64,000 bases of DNA from IMG/VR virus record IMGVR_UViG_3300025858_000010, positions 1 to 64,000 of that record. The stretch is one strand, 5' to 3'. This document shows positions 21,841 to 32,997 of the stretch, piece after piece. The notes beneath the pieces are model-generated. The model did no database searches. It was not told where the DNA came from and saw nothing but the letters and a program-made list of their open reading frames with translations. The position numbers and the translations under genes are program-made. The DNA comes from a virus. Lineage: Duplodnaviria > Caudoviricetes. Every line of letters begins with the position of its first letter. The first letter of the stretch is position 1.

Positions 21841-22728
21841 ATGAAAAAATTTTTTATGTTATTTATATTTATATTACTTGCTATTTCATCTATTGCTCAA
21901 GAACAACTTGGTTTACCTGGAGATGATTTAAATTTATATAGTGTACTTAATTTATTTCAAAAGTCTCCGACATTAGAAATATTTGAAAAGAATATCAATT
22001 TAGAAAGTTATAGAATAAACAATTTAGATATAAACGATGATGGTAAAATAGATTATATTCACGTTTTTGATTACGTAAATAATAACGCTCACTTTATAGT
22101 ATTAAGAGTTAATATTAATGGATACGAATCCCAAGATGTTGCCGTAATAGAAGTTGAAAAGGTTAACGATAAGATACAAGTTCATATTATAGGTGATGAA
22201 AAATTATATGGTAAATATTATATAGTTGAACCTAACGATACAAATCCTCCTTATCAAGGAGAATATATTATTGAACCGGTATCATCATGGATTATATTTA
22301 GTTACATATATCATCCTTATTATGTAGTATATACATCGCCATATTATTGGGGGTATTATCCATTTTATTGGAACACTTGGGCACCAATATATTATAACAA
22401 TTATTACAATTATCATCGTCATTATTATAATTATTATAGAAGAAGTTATTATTATCATCCAGTTCATAATTACTATGTTCCACGTAGGGTGACAACAAAT
22501 ATAAATAGATCACTATATCGACCAAATAATTATCACCCTTCAAATTATCCAATAAATAAACCAAGTAATTATAATAATAATCATCCAACAAATTATCAGC
22601 ATAATAGATATGATAATAACTATCAACAACCATATCAACCGTCAAGTTCTCCAAGACAATCAACATCACCTAGACATCAACCATCAAGTTCTCCAAGTCA
22701 TTCGGGTAGTGTTAGAAAAACGAGATAA
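21841..22728 (+). CDS. Secreted Bacteroidota-type protein with EF-hand-like motif and Tyr/Pro-rich tail
   Basis: Signal peptide ending IAQ; NNLDINDDGKIDYI; YWGYYP repeats. Confidence 0.65.
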   Translation: MKKFFMLFIFILLAISSIAQEQLGLPGDDLNLYSVLNLFQKSPTLEIFEKNINLESYRINNLDINDDGKIDYIHVFDYVNNNAHFIVLRVNINGYESQDVAVIEVEKVNDKIQVHIIGDEKLYGKYYIVEPNDTNPPYQGEYIIEPVSSWIIFSYIYHPYYVVYTSPYYWGYYPFYWNTWAPIYYNNYYNYHRHYYNYYRRSYYYHPVHNYYVPRRVTTNINRSLYRPNNYHPSNYPINKPSNYNNNHPTNYQHNRYDNNYQQPYQPSSSPRQSTSPRHQPSSSPSHSGSVRKTR

Positions 22729-22751
22729 ATTATAAAAAAAATGAATATTTT

Positions 22752-22973
22752 ATGACTAAAAAAGAATCTATTGAAAAAACAGATATAATAATTAAAGATT
22801 TCATCAATTATGATAATGATGAAATTGCAACAGAAGGATTTGACATTATCGGATACGCTAAAAGAAATTCATTAATAGATATATTATATTATAAAAAAGG
22901 CATAGCTTATACTAAGACATTTTTTGAAAAAGAAAAGGATATGAAGAAAATTGATCATATGACAGATGAATAA
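22752..22973 (+). CDS. Hypothetical protein
   Basis: Short ORF in operon context. Confidence 0.45.
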   Translation: MTKKESIEKTDIIIKDFINYDNDEIATEGFDIIGYAKRNSLIDILYYKKGIAYTKTFFEKEKDMKKIDHMTDE

Positions 22974-22981
22974 ATCAAAAA

Positions 22982-25900
22982 TTAATACTTTATTATATAA
23001 TATCTTCCATCAGTAATTATATAGAATCCATAATCATCTGCTAAATATTTATAATTAATTCCAGTAAAATTATTATTAACCAATATGAAATTTCTTCCTT
23101 CGTTGTAATTAAAAAATCTAGTATTTGTATATCCTAAACCATAATCATTGTATGATTGTGTTTCTATATACATGTAAGGATCTATATTTTTATCCACATT
23201 AAAACTATACGATAATAAATCAAATTTATATAATTGATGATATTGAACAGGTTCTAATTCCAGTGTCGTTTCATTTAAGTGAAATGTTTTTATTTTACAT
23301 GTCCAATATTTTGGCATAGTAGCTCCACTAGTTAAATAGAAATTAATAGTAAATAAATAATTTGTATCTATATTTAAAGTTTCTATATAATCGAAGTTAA
23401 TTGCTGCACAGTCTTGATTTACAATTATTTTTTTAATATAATTAGAACCATTATAATTTAAATACATAGTGCCTATTGTTTGAGCAACCCCGGTTACATC
23501 TAATATATTTGCTGATAATGGAACAACGTTATTTCTTAACCAATGAATTAATTTATTTAATTTTTTTTGAACTTCTTCTAATGAATACATTAATATATAA
23601 TTACCATCGAAATCCGTTATATTATATGTTAAATTAAAAAGATTTGTCTTTAAATAATTAACATCATCCATTTCTATTTCATTCCAACCAGGTATAGTAT
23701 TTATGAATATATCTTCAATGTGTATTCTTTGAAGTTTTCCAAATAATGGTGAATTTGGTTTTATACATTTATAATATTCGTAAAGTTCTAAATCATTATA
23801 ACCAAAATAATTAATAGAATTAATGAGAGCTTTATAAGAACTAATATAATTATAAATGTCATTATAAACTGATAATAACTCTTTTCTTTTTCTATTTAAA
23901 ATTATATAATCTATACCAACCTCATTAATATCAGATTCTTTAAAAATCTGTTGAACATCACTTTCTAGTTTTGAACCTATGAGTTTTAAATTTTGATTGA
24001 ATCTTTCATCTTCCACTTCTGTTTGTCCATATAATTGAATAATAGCTATTGTAATCGGTTCTGTTTTTATTGTAAAATCATAGGTTTTCCCACTTAGAGA
24101 TGAATCAAAAAATTCTAAAATTTCATTGACAGTAATTTTATTTTTTGTAACATCGACGATTGTATAAGTATCGTAATTACCAAACAGTGTATGTCCAGTA
24201 ATAGTATTTTCCAAGAAATTTAAAGATATTTTTTGATTTACCTCAAATCCCAACAAATTAAAATCAAAATAATAATCTGAAGTAATATAATAAATATCAC
24301 TATAATAAGTAGAACCTGTTATCAAAAAATTGTTATTTGAATTGGTTGTTCCTGAAAAAATTATATTTTCAATTTTTTCAATTATCATATTATTATTTGA
24401 TACTCCTTCGTTTTTAGAATTAAATCCGATAAAAATTTGCATTGGATAAGCGACATAATTATAATTGGTTGATGAATTGAGTTTTTCCAAAGTGTGTGTA
24501 ATGTTACTAAAAACTGTTTGTTGATACTCAGGATCGTATATTCTATTTATGTTATTGTTTGGTTCTTTATTCAAAAAAACTAAATTTTCTGTATAACTAT
24601 TCCACAGAGGTTTTTCGCCGAGATAAGTTAACCCGTCATTATATTGTAATTGATCACCAGAATAATCATAGAAGAATATATCATCTGTTATTTGTGGAGA
24701 ATTATCTTCAATTGGTTGCCAAGAAAATTTATAATAAATATCTCTATCATATGTCCCTCTCGGATATCTTATGAATTCATTAATATTTATATTTAATTCC
24801 ACATTTTCTTCATCTAAAAATGCTCCTTGATAAGATAATTGTATAGTATCTTCAGTGACTCTTAATATATTAAATTGTTTATTGTTAATTGTGTGTGAAA
24901 ATCCAGATACGTTTATTATCATGCCTGTTGATAATTCATAACCATATAAAGTATTCCCGCGAGAAACGTTTGATACAAAAGTGATATATGGATCATAACT
25001 GCCACCACTAGGACTAATGTCTATATCTGACCAAAGATTAATATATCCACTTAAATTGGCATTTTCATTAATTTCACTGGTATGACTAGCACGAATTTGT
25101 GCCCCCTTAGTAATCGGACCATAAACTTGACCATCAATATCAAAAGAATAACATTCAATTAAACTTTTTGAACTTAATGAAACATAACCAGTACTTGATA
25201 TATTAAAACAACCAATAATATAAAAATATCCATTGGAGTCATTAACTAATCCGTGAGAAGATACAGATCCATTAACTATATTTAAAGCGTCACTAGAACT
25301 ATTATTAATAAAAAAAGAACAGTTATTAACAATTTGACCGTCATTTTCAGTAGAAACGGTTCCAATAGTAGTAAAGGTTCCTTTATTTGTAAGAATACCT
25401 TTAATAACAAGTGGATTAGATACATTAAATGTATTATAATTATGAAGAGTTCTATCGACATTTAAATTGATTTCATCACTAGGAGAAGGAAGAGTCATAT
25501 CAACTATTCCGTAATTTTCAATGTTGACGTTTATATTTTTAATAGGTATAGTCACATTACTATTTTTACATACAATCAATGTTCCGAAATTAGATGCACT
25601 ATATCCGGCAAGCCCTAATATATCAGCGTATCCACAAATACGAATGGTTGCTCCCTTGTTAATCGTAAGATGAAGTTGAAGACGACTTTCAGAAGTACCT
25701 CCAGTAATACACAAAACTCCAGAGTTCGCACCATAGGAACCATTCGTATAATATGTATATGCACATCCATCAACACAATTAATTTCAGGAATTACGCTAG
25801 TTGATTCACAGTTATCTGGATAATATCTTTCGTCTACTGTATACAAACATAATTCATCACTAGCCACTACTACATTTTGATTCAAAATTTTCTGTATAAA

Positions 25901-27835
25901 AGAATAATTAGAATATGAATTAACTTTAACTTCGACGTTATAAAGATTTATGTTTGGTTGTTGACTCTCTATTATTAGTGTATATCCTGTATATCCACTA
26001 TATGTATATCCACTATAAACTGTTATTCCATTTCCATCTAAAGCATTACTATATTTATTAATGAAAGAGTTAATAGTTTCTTGCGTATATGTTGTATTGC
26101 CACTTAAATCAATATAATAATCGGAATTGTTTAAATTTATATTAAATCCATATGATGTTGAATCTATTGCAATATCAAAATATATTTCAACATAAAAATT
26201 TCTAGCTAATTGATCATAAATGTTAAATTTTTCGTAATTGTTAAAATTTTCATCGACATTAAAATAATATATGTCAGAATCTATATAAGTACTACCAGAA
26301 AAATTATTATCGATGTTTAATGGAGTTGAGTTTATATAAGCGGTAGCTCCACTATAATATGGTCTATAATTATAATCCAAACCTTCGAAAATTAAATAGT
26401 CATTTCCCATATAATGATAATGATACAAATTTAATCCGTATCTATCTAGCAACGTTTTGTATTTATTTTTCATCGCTGCTATAGTATTTTCATAGTAATA
26501 TGTGGTACTACCGGAGTTCAACACATCTTGAGTCATGCTTATGTAATTTGATGTTGAGTAACATACAGTATAACCAGAAAAAGTACCTATAGTATCAACA
26601 GCAGTTCTCTTACAATATAAATCTTGAACTTTGTTTTTCTTTATAATTTTATCTATTCTGTAAGTTGATCCGCTTTCAAGTATGATATATTCCCTCACTT
26701 GTATATTATTATTAGTGACACTCAAAACTTGAAATTGCCTTTTATCATGATAAGAATATTCTCCTCCGCTAATTAATGTCAATTCTATTTGATCATTATA
26801 TGTTATTCCTGTTATTCCGGATAAGCTTTGTATAATATTCACGCTTTCATTAGTAAAAAAATTCAATTGATCTGTTATAATTTCGTTCCTATTAACGAAT
26901 CCAGTAATTGTAAAAATTGGATCGTCTGCATGAATATGACTGCCGTCTATGTTCTCAAATATTATAGTTTGCCCTGTTGTCGTAAAGTCGATGTTAGTAT
27001 TTATATAATTATAAAATTTGATTGTTGTACCTGTTTGATCGTTAATATCGATAGAATTATATGTTATTAAAATATTACCTTCATATAATTCCGGTCTTTG
27101 AGTCATAAGATAAAATCCGAGATATATTGTTCCACCGGTTTGAATAGACAAATTAAAATCATATATTTTTATTTTTAATTTATCATAATCATTATATGTA
27201 TAAACACCATCATTATTTGCACTTCCAGAAATACTCAATTTTTTATCTTTGTAATAATTAAGATAATTTAAATCAATTAATTGATTTCCATAATCTGGTG
27301 ATTTTATTATGTTTAAACTAGACACTGTTCCTCCAGAAAAAATAAAAGTGAAACCAGATCCATTATTTTCGTTTGTGTCAATAAGAAATGCCCCCTTTTG
27401 ATTCCCCAATACATTATATATTATCCCAGTATCACTTAAATCTATTAAAGTAGAACCTGTAACCCCACTGAAACTAACTACGGACCCTATAGGAAATTTT
27501 TTATCAAAATTATATCCATATATCCATTTAGAATAATAATTTTCACTACTATTAACTTTTTGTATGTCTGTTATTGTTTCTCCTGTTGATGTTGATGGAA
27601 CAAAAGTTATTCCACTATAATTGAATAATTGAGATGATCTTACATCAAAAGTGTCTGTAAAATTGTATCCCGAAACTTTTTCAAATATATACATACATAC
27701 AGTTTTGAAAGTATCGCTACCATTATCGTCAAAATATATTTTACCGTACCATTCGTTATTTTCTTCATCGTATGTCAAATTATATGGATAACCTTCCTTA
27801 TTGAAGAAAAGTAATTTATTTGTTGGAGTACTCAA
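22982..27835 (-). CDS. Large virion structural protein (baseplate/tail-like)
   Basis: 1617 aa, SGxT-rich beta composition, late-promoter motif at ~27853; ISSYKALINSINYFGY segment typical of baseplate wedge proteins. Confidence 0.55.
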   Translation of the reverse strand: MSTPTNKLLFFNKEGYPYNLTYDEENNEWYGKIYFDDNGSDTFKTVCMYIFEKVSGYNFTDTFDVRSSQLFNYSGITFVPSTSTGETITDIQKVNSSENYYSKWIYGYNFDKKFPIGSVVSFSGVTGSTLIDLSDTGIIYNVLGNQKGAFLIDTNENNGSGFTFIFSGGTVSSLNIIKSPDYGNQLIDLNYLNYYKDKKLSISGSANNDGVYTYNDYDKLKIKIYDFNLSIQTGGTIYLGFYLMTQRPELYEGNILITYNSIDINDQTGTTIKFYNYINTNIDFTTTGQTIIFENIDGSHIHADDPIFTITGFVNRNEIITDQLNFFTNESVNIIQSLSGITGITYNDQIELTLISGGEYSYHDKRQFQVLSVTNNNIQVREYIILESGSTYRIDKIIKKNKVQDLYCKRTAVDTIGTFSGYTVCYSTSNYISMTQDVLNSGSTTYYYENTIAAMKNKYKTLLDRYGLNLYHYHYMGNDYLIFEGLDYNYRPYYSGATAYINSTPLNIDNNFSGSTYIDSDIYYFNVDENFNNYEKFNIYDQLARNFYVEIYFDIAIDSTSYGFNINLNNSDYYIDLSGNTTYTQETINSFINKYSNALDGNGITVYSGYTYSGYTGYTLIIESQQPNINLYNVEVKVNSYSNYSFIQKILNQNVVVASDELCLYTVDERYYPDNCESTSVIPEINCVDGCAYTYYTNGSYGANSGVLCITGGTSESRLQLHLTINKGATIRICGYADILGLAGYSASNFGTLIVCKNSNVTIPIKNINVNIENYGIVDMTLPSPSDEINLNVDRTLHNYNTFNVSNPLVIKGILTNKGTFTTIGTVSTENDGQIVNNCSFFINNSSSDALNIVNGSVSSHGLVNDSNGYFYIIGCFNISSTGYVSLSSKSLIECYSFDIDGQVYGPITKGAQIRASHTSEINENANLSGYINLWSDIDISPSGGSYDPYITFVSNVSRGNTLYGYELSTGMIINVSGFSHTINNKQFNILRVTEDTIQLSYQGAFLDEENVELNININEFIRYPRGTYDRDIYYKFSWQPIEDNSPQITDDIFFYDYSGDQLQYNDGLTYLGEKPLWNSYTENLVFLNKEPNNNINRIYDPEYQQTVFSNITHTLEKLNSSTNYNYVAYPMQIFIGFNSKNEGVSNNNMIIEKIENIIFSGTTNSNNNFLITGSTYYSDIYYITSDYYFDFNLLGFEVNQKISLNFLENTITGHTLFGNYDTYTIVDVTKNKITVNEILEFFDSSLSGKTYDFTIKTEPITIAIIQLYGQTEVEDERFNQNLKLIGSKLESDVQQIFKESDINEVGIDYIILNRKRKELLSVYNDIYNYISSYKALINSINYFGYNDLELYEYYKCIKPNSPLFGKLQRIHIEDIFINTIPGWNEIEMDDVNYLKTNLFNLTYNITDFDGNYILMYSLEEVQKKLNKLIHWLRNNVVPLSANILDVTGVAQTIGTMYLNYNGSNYIKKIIVNQDCAAINFDYIETLNIDTNYLFTINFYLTSGATMPKYWTCKIKTFHLNETTLELEPVQYHQLYKFDLLSYSFNVDKNIDPYMYIETQSYNDYGLGYTNTRFFNYNEGRNFILVNNNFTGINYKYLADDYGFYIITDGRYYIIKY

Positions 27836-28025
27836 TTTAAATAAGTTTATTTTTATATATTAAAAAACAGATGATTAAAAATAGTTTAATATAAAATTTA
27901 TTTATAGTCTTTTTTAAAACATTATTCAAATTTCAGATATAATTTAAAGATTTGTTAAGTATGGGAGTAAGAAAAGACTTGAACCCTAATTATTCCCATT
28001 TATTATAAAAAATAATTGTATAAAT

Positions 28026-28592
28026 ATGTTGATAATTGTGATTTCTGGTTCAAATCAAAGCGGAAAAGATAATTTCGTTAATTTTTTTATTAAACATTAT
28101 GATTTTAAATCTGTTAATTGGTCAACAATAGATAAAATAAAAGATCTAGCTTTAAATCACTTTGGGTGGAATGGTAAAAAAACAGAAGAAGCGAGGAGAT
28201 TTTTATCTGAACTTAAAAGAGTCTGGTCAGAATACAATAACGGTCCTTTTTTAAATATGGTTAAAAAAATTAAGGATCATTATTCTAAACTAAGTAAAAA
28301 AGATAAAAAAAATTTTATTTATTTTGTCCATTGTCGAGAACCGAAAGAAATTCAAAAGTTTAAAGATAAATATGGAAAAAAATGCTTAACTGTTTTAGTT
28401 AAAAGAAATGAAAGAACAGAAAAAAACAAAATTGCTAATAACGATTCGGATAGAAATGTAGAAAATTATAATTATGATAAAATAGTAAATAATAATGGAA
28501 GTAAAATAGATTTAGAATTAGACGCCGTAAAATTTGTAGAAGAAGTTAGAAACATTTTTAAAACAAAAACAAATAAAATAAATAAAAAGTAA
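28026..28592 (+). CDS. Deoxynucleoside-monophosphate-kinase-like P-loop protein
   Basis: SGSNQSGKD, FGWNGKK, HCREPKE, YDKIVNNNG. Confidence 0.65.
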   Translation: MLIIVISGSNQSGKDNFVNFFIKHYDFKSVNWSTIDKIKDLALNHFGWNGKKTEEARRFLSELKRVWSEYNNGPFLNMVKKIKDHYSKLSKKDKKNFIYFVHCREPKEIQKFKDKYGKKCLTVLVKRNERTEKNKIANNDSDRNVENYNYDKIVNNNGSKIDLELDAVKFVEEVRNIFKTKTNKINKK

Positions 28593-28593
28593 T

Positions 28594-29301
28594 ATGATGA
28601 ATAATACTAAAACAAATTTAGGTAAAATTCTAGAAAATCATCTATATCCAATATTATCAACGGATCAAACGGATATAAACATGTTGTTTATAGACTTTAA
28701 AAATAATAATACTGAAGATGAATATCATCCTCTGGATATTTTTACAAAAAAAATAATTTTAAAAACAATACCCGTAGATATCATAAACGATGATATTGAA
28801 ATATCAATATATAATCATCTAAATTTGGAATTTGTTCAAATAATTAGGGATGAAGCTATTAAAAATAGAAACAATACTTTATCCATCATTGAAAATTTTG
28901 ATATAAATATTGAAAAATCGCCAGTAGATCAATTAAATAAATTTATATCAGTTAAATTATTTAACTGTTGTAATTATATAGCCACAGATGGGAGAATTGG
29001 CCCATCTCAATATATTATTACGAGTCAAAAAACAAATGATTATTTTTTTGATAAAATGGGTGATAGTATGTTCAATCTAAACAAAAAATTTTTTATAGAT
29101 AAAAATCTTAGTGACGATGAGATAATATTTGGAAGAAAAAATGACATAGACCAACCAGGTGTATCTCTGATTATAAATGAAAATTCGTTCGATAATATAA
29201 TATATGATGATGGAAAAATGAAAGTCAATTTGTCTTATTCCTTTACAGTTAACGGATTTAACCCAGAAAAACAATATTTTCTAATTAAAATAAATCAATA
29301 A
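28594..29301 (+). CDS. Hypothetical protein with a weak major-capsid-like (gp23) segment
   Basis: NYIATDGRIGPSQYIITS. Confidence 0.4.
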   Translation: MMNNTKTNLGKILENHLYPILSTDQTDINMLFIDFKNNNTEDEYHPLDIFTKKIILKTIPVDIINDDIEISIYNHLNLEFVQIIRDEAIKNRNNTLSIIENFDINIEKSPVDQLNKFISVKLFNCCNYIATDGRIGPSQYIITSQKTNDYFFDKMGDSMFNLNKKFFIDKNLSDDEIIFGRKNDIDQPGVSLIINENSFDNIIYDDGKMKVNLSYSFTVNGFNPEKQYFLIKINQ

Positions 29302-29319
29302 AAAAATAATTTAAAAGTC

Positions 29320-29601
29320 ATGCCAAAATCACGTACAAGAAAAGGACATCGAGCTAAAGTTCAAAATTACAGAAAAAGAGTAGAAGACCTTAAAAGATCC
29401 AGAGAAAAACAATTGAGAGCTCTGTATGAAAAACAACAACAAGAAGCACTTGAAAACCAGATATCATCTACTGAATCTCAGGTTCAAGAAGCATCTGTCG
29501 ATGGTATTAACACAGAAGATTTTCAATTAGATTTGCCATCTGAAATACCAACTGGTAACATAAACGAAGTTGTTGGAATAAGTGACCCCAGTCAAATTTA
29601 A
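29320..29601 (+). CDS. Hypothetical protein (basic N-terminus, acidic tail)
   Basis: MPKSRTRKGHRAKV...; followed by a hairpin. Confidence 0.65.
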   Translation: MPKSRTRKGHRAKVQNYRKRVEDLKRSREKQLRALYEKQQQEALENQISSTESQVQEASVDGINTEDFQLDLPSEIPTGNINEVVGISDPSQI

Positions 29602-29621
29602 ACCAATCAGTTTTAAGAAAA

Positions 29622-29646
29622 AAAGACCCGATTTTATCGGGTCTTT
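29622..29646. terminator. Intrinsic terminator
   Basis: AAAGACCCGAT-TTT-ATCGGGTCTTT. Confidence 0.7.
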
Positions 29647-29766
29647 ATGCATATTCTAGTGCTTTTGATACTTTACTTCTTGTATTTTTCTTAAATGATA
29701 TGCCGTCTATTTTATTTAAATTCATAGTAACCGATTTATTTTTATTTTTCAAAAAATTAAAGTCGC

Positions 29767-30108
29767 TCATATTGGATCTTGTTTGTCCAAATCGTAATTC
29801 ATACTATATGTTCTATCGTAATCCGACATATTGAAAAGATCATCATATTTTAACATATTTGTGTTTTTAATTCTTGTATATTTACATTTTTGACAATAAT
29901 ACAGGTCGTTTTTTATTGATTTCATATAAACATTATATTGCATTAATAAAATATTACCACACTTATCACATTTTACATTAACTAAAGAATGTGATCCTTT
30001 GGTCAAATGTCTATTATCTATATCTAAAAATTTATCATTGATGTCATAACCAAGTGAAATAAAATGTTGTCTATTCCTCTTTGTTCTTATCTTCTCATAT
30101 ATCAACAT
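29767..30108 (-). pseudogene. N-terminal relic of the 6737-type homing endonuclease
   Basis: HFISLGYD, GSHSLVNVKCDKCG, KNTNMLKY match 6737..8542; nuclease domain missing. Confidence 0.65.
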
Positions 30109-30139
30109 AAAATATTATTATTTGTTATAATATATTAAA

Positions 30140-31152
30140 TTATTTTAATTTTTTACCGCACATCGGGCAATGTGTCCATTTTCCTTTACCTCTTGTTGTT
30201 CTATAAGAACACCTGGGACAATATTCTCTTATAGTTGATTCATTCTTAATATAAGAATTACCACTAACTATATTTTTTATTGTGTTTGAATCATAGAGTT
30301 TTTTTTTACCGGTTTCAAAGAAAACGGTAATAATTTAAACTTTATTTTATAGAATTCTTCGCCAACTTCGAAATTAATTGGAGAAAAATATTGATTAGAT
30401 ACACTACCTTTTTCAATTCGACCAGTTTCTAATTTTGTATTATGAATTAAAGATTGATCATGTTCTGTCGTAAATACACCTGTGGATATAAAATTAAAAT
30501 CAAATTGTTTATCATCAAACCAAAAATCTTTATCGTTTGATATATTGGTGTTAGATAACGATCTATATATTCTGGAATTGTGATTAGTTCCATTGGTTCC
30601 ATTTGTACCAGATACACCAGCAAATCCAAATGTTCCAGATGAGCCAGATATACCTGCAGTTTTTAAATTACCATTAACTGTTAAATTACCATTTACAATC
30701 ACATCATCACCACTTATTGTTATAGTAGATCCGGATAGTGGATATGCTCTATAATTAATTGTGGAAGTATTTGTATAAACAGTTTGAACTGGAATTTTTT
30801 CGTTCCAGAAAATTACATCTAGAATACCATTTTTTTCAATGGCTTTAACCGCTTCTTTATTGGATTTATCTATTTCGTAAGTAGAAAATGATAGTTTTCT
30901 ATTTGTTCCTATGAAACGTTCAATTGTAATTTCTTGTCCGGGTTTTAAAATTAACAGATCATTATCCACTTTTATACCGTTCATACGTAATTGAACACCT
31001 ATGCGTTCTTGAAGTGGATTAAATAATTTTAGTTGGAAATTGTCTCCGTTATGGAGATAAACTTTATTTTTCTTTTTGCCGTAAAGTTTGCGTTTTTGAC
31101 CATTGACAAGTATATCACAAGTCGGCAAGGTCATGCCGTTAAGATTATTCAT
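30140..31152 (-). CDS. Conserved phage protein whose C-terminal Zn-ribbon is reached only by a -1 shift at an A9 run
   Basis: GGAGG before ATG at 31152; the shifted frame gives KLYDSNT...REYCPRCSY...HCPMCGKKLK. Confidence 0.6.
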
Positions 31153-31367
31153 AAATCCTCCTTTTTTATTTTTTATTTTTGAAATGTCGGTTTTTTCATT
31201 GTTCTTCACAATTCCAAAGTGATAATCACTCAAAACAAACATGACCAAAAAAGATGTTACTACGATTGTAACTAGTCGTATATATTATATCAAAGAAGTC
31301 CAAAAAACATATTTTTAAAAAAAAAATATTAAAAATTTTCAATGAGAAATATTTAATATATAATTTT

Positions 31368-31886
31368 ATGAAATATATTAAGAAATATCAATTATTTGAA
31401 AAAAAAGTCGTTACTACATTAAATTTATCACGTAGAAATCTAACTAAATTACCTGAATTACCAGATACATTAGAACATTTAGAATGTGATTATAATCAAT
31501 TAACTGAACTACCAGAATTACCAGAAACATTAGAATATTTAAGTTGTGGTATCAATAAATTAACCGAATTGCCGGAGTTACCTGATTCATTAAAAGAATT
31601 GTGGTGTTATGATAATAAATTAAAGAAATTACCTAAATTACCAAAAACATTGAAGATATTATATTGTTTTGGTAATAAATTAACCGAATTGCCCGAATTA
31701 CCAAAAACATTAAAAAGATTAGATTGTTATAACAATAAACTAATCGAATTACCTGAATTACCAGAAACATTAAATTATTTGAATTGTTATGATAATAAAT
31801 TACCTTATGATGATTTAGAGGAATATTGGAAATGGTATTATAATTTATATCCAGAAAGATTAGCAGCAAAAAAATATAACTTATGA
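31368..31886 (+). CDS. LRR protein, family A
   Basis: 7 LTELPELP repeats; same leader and YPERLAAKKYNL cap. Confidence 0.9.
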   Translation: MKYIKKYQLFEKKVVTTLNLSRRNLTKLPELPDTLEHLECDYNQLTELPELPETLEYLSCGINKLTELPELPDSLKELWCYDNKLKKLPKLPKTLKILYCFGNKLTELPELPKTLKRLDCYNNKLIELPELPETLNYLNCYDNKLPYDDLEEYWKWYYNLYPERLAAKKYNL

Positions 31887-32992
31887 AATATATTAAAAAA
31901 TATCAATTATTATTTGAAAACGTAAATACTAAATTGAATTTTTTAGATTTATTAAAATTACCTCAATTTTGTATTAGAATTCATAATGAAAACGAATACA
32001 TCATATTAATGATTGAACTGGAAAAAAAAGGATATAAATGGTTAAGTGAAAAAAATCCAACTGATATAGGTTGGACAAGATATATAGAAATCATTTGGAT
32101 AAATAATATTAAAAAAATTTTAACATATTCAAGTTTCATGTTTTATTTTTCAGACTTTAAATTTGAAAAAATAAAATTATTAGAATTTGAAGATGTAGAA
32201 ATTGATAAAAATCATAAAATTAAGAAAATAAAAAATCTCGATCTAGATCCATATTGTGAAGAAGATTGGGGATATGTTCAAGAAAATAAAATTAATGAAT
32301 TATTTGAAACTAAAAATGTATATGATTTTAAATTAATTAAAAAAAGAGATATGTTTCCTTTTGTTGATTATATATACACTTTCACTTCAAGAGATAATAT
32401 TGAATATTACGTAACTCTATCTCATAATAAGGATAATGATTCTATGAGTGTTAAATTCACAGATAAAAAGAATTTTATTGGAATAAGAAATAAAATAAAA
32501 GACAAATACGTTAATATGAATAATTTCGACGCTATTAATGTACTAAATACCGTAGTTAAAATATGTAAAGATTTTTATGATGAAAACAGTGATATAATCA
32601 AAAAATTCACGACATCAACATTAGACGAAAAAAGATTAAGAGTATATAAATACATACTTAAAAAATATTTCAAAGATTGGGAAGTGGATTCATATATAGA
32701 TCCTCGCGGAGATATAGTCATAGAATGCAAGCCAAAAATAAATGAAAAACATGAAGATGTAGATCCGTACGGCGAAGAAGAATGGGATGAACCTTATGAA
32801 CCTTATGAATATGGAATAGGAGATGATGTTGTATGTGTGGATACAAGATGTTCGATGGGATTAACTGTCGGTAAAACATATAAAGTATTAGATGTCGATG
32901 ATTTGACATATTCATCGACTGTGACAAAAATAATTAATGATGATGGCAAAATTGCAAATTATGTTAAAACAAGATTTAAAAAATTAAATTAA
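31883..32992 (+). CDS. Modular hypothetical protein with the family-A leader and two DPYxEExW motifs
   Basis: MKYIKKYQLLFEN; DPYCEEDW; DPYGEEEW; C-terminal SH3-like IGDDVVCV..LTVGKTYKV. Confidence 0.7.
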   Translation: MKYIKKYQLLFENVNTKLNFLDLLKLPQFCIRIHNENEYIILMIELEKKGYKWLSEKNPTDIGWTRYIEIIWINNIKKILTYSSFMFYFSDFKFEKIKLLEFEDVEIDKNHKIKKIKNLDLDPYCEEDWGYVQENKINELFETKNVYDFKLIKKRDMFPFVDYIYTFTSRDNIEYYVTLSHNKDNDSMSVKFTDKKNFIGIRNKIKDKYVNMNNFDAINVLNTVVKICKDFYDENSDIIKKFTTSTLDEKRLRVYKYILKKYFKDWEVDSYIDPRGDIVIECKPKINEKHEDVDPYGEEEWDEPYEPYEYGIGDDVVCVDTRCSMGLTVGKTYKVLDVDDLTYSSTVTKIINDDGKIANYVKTRFKKLN

Positions 32993-32997
32993 AAAAA

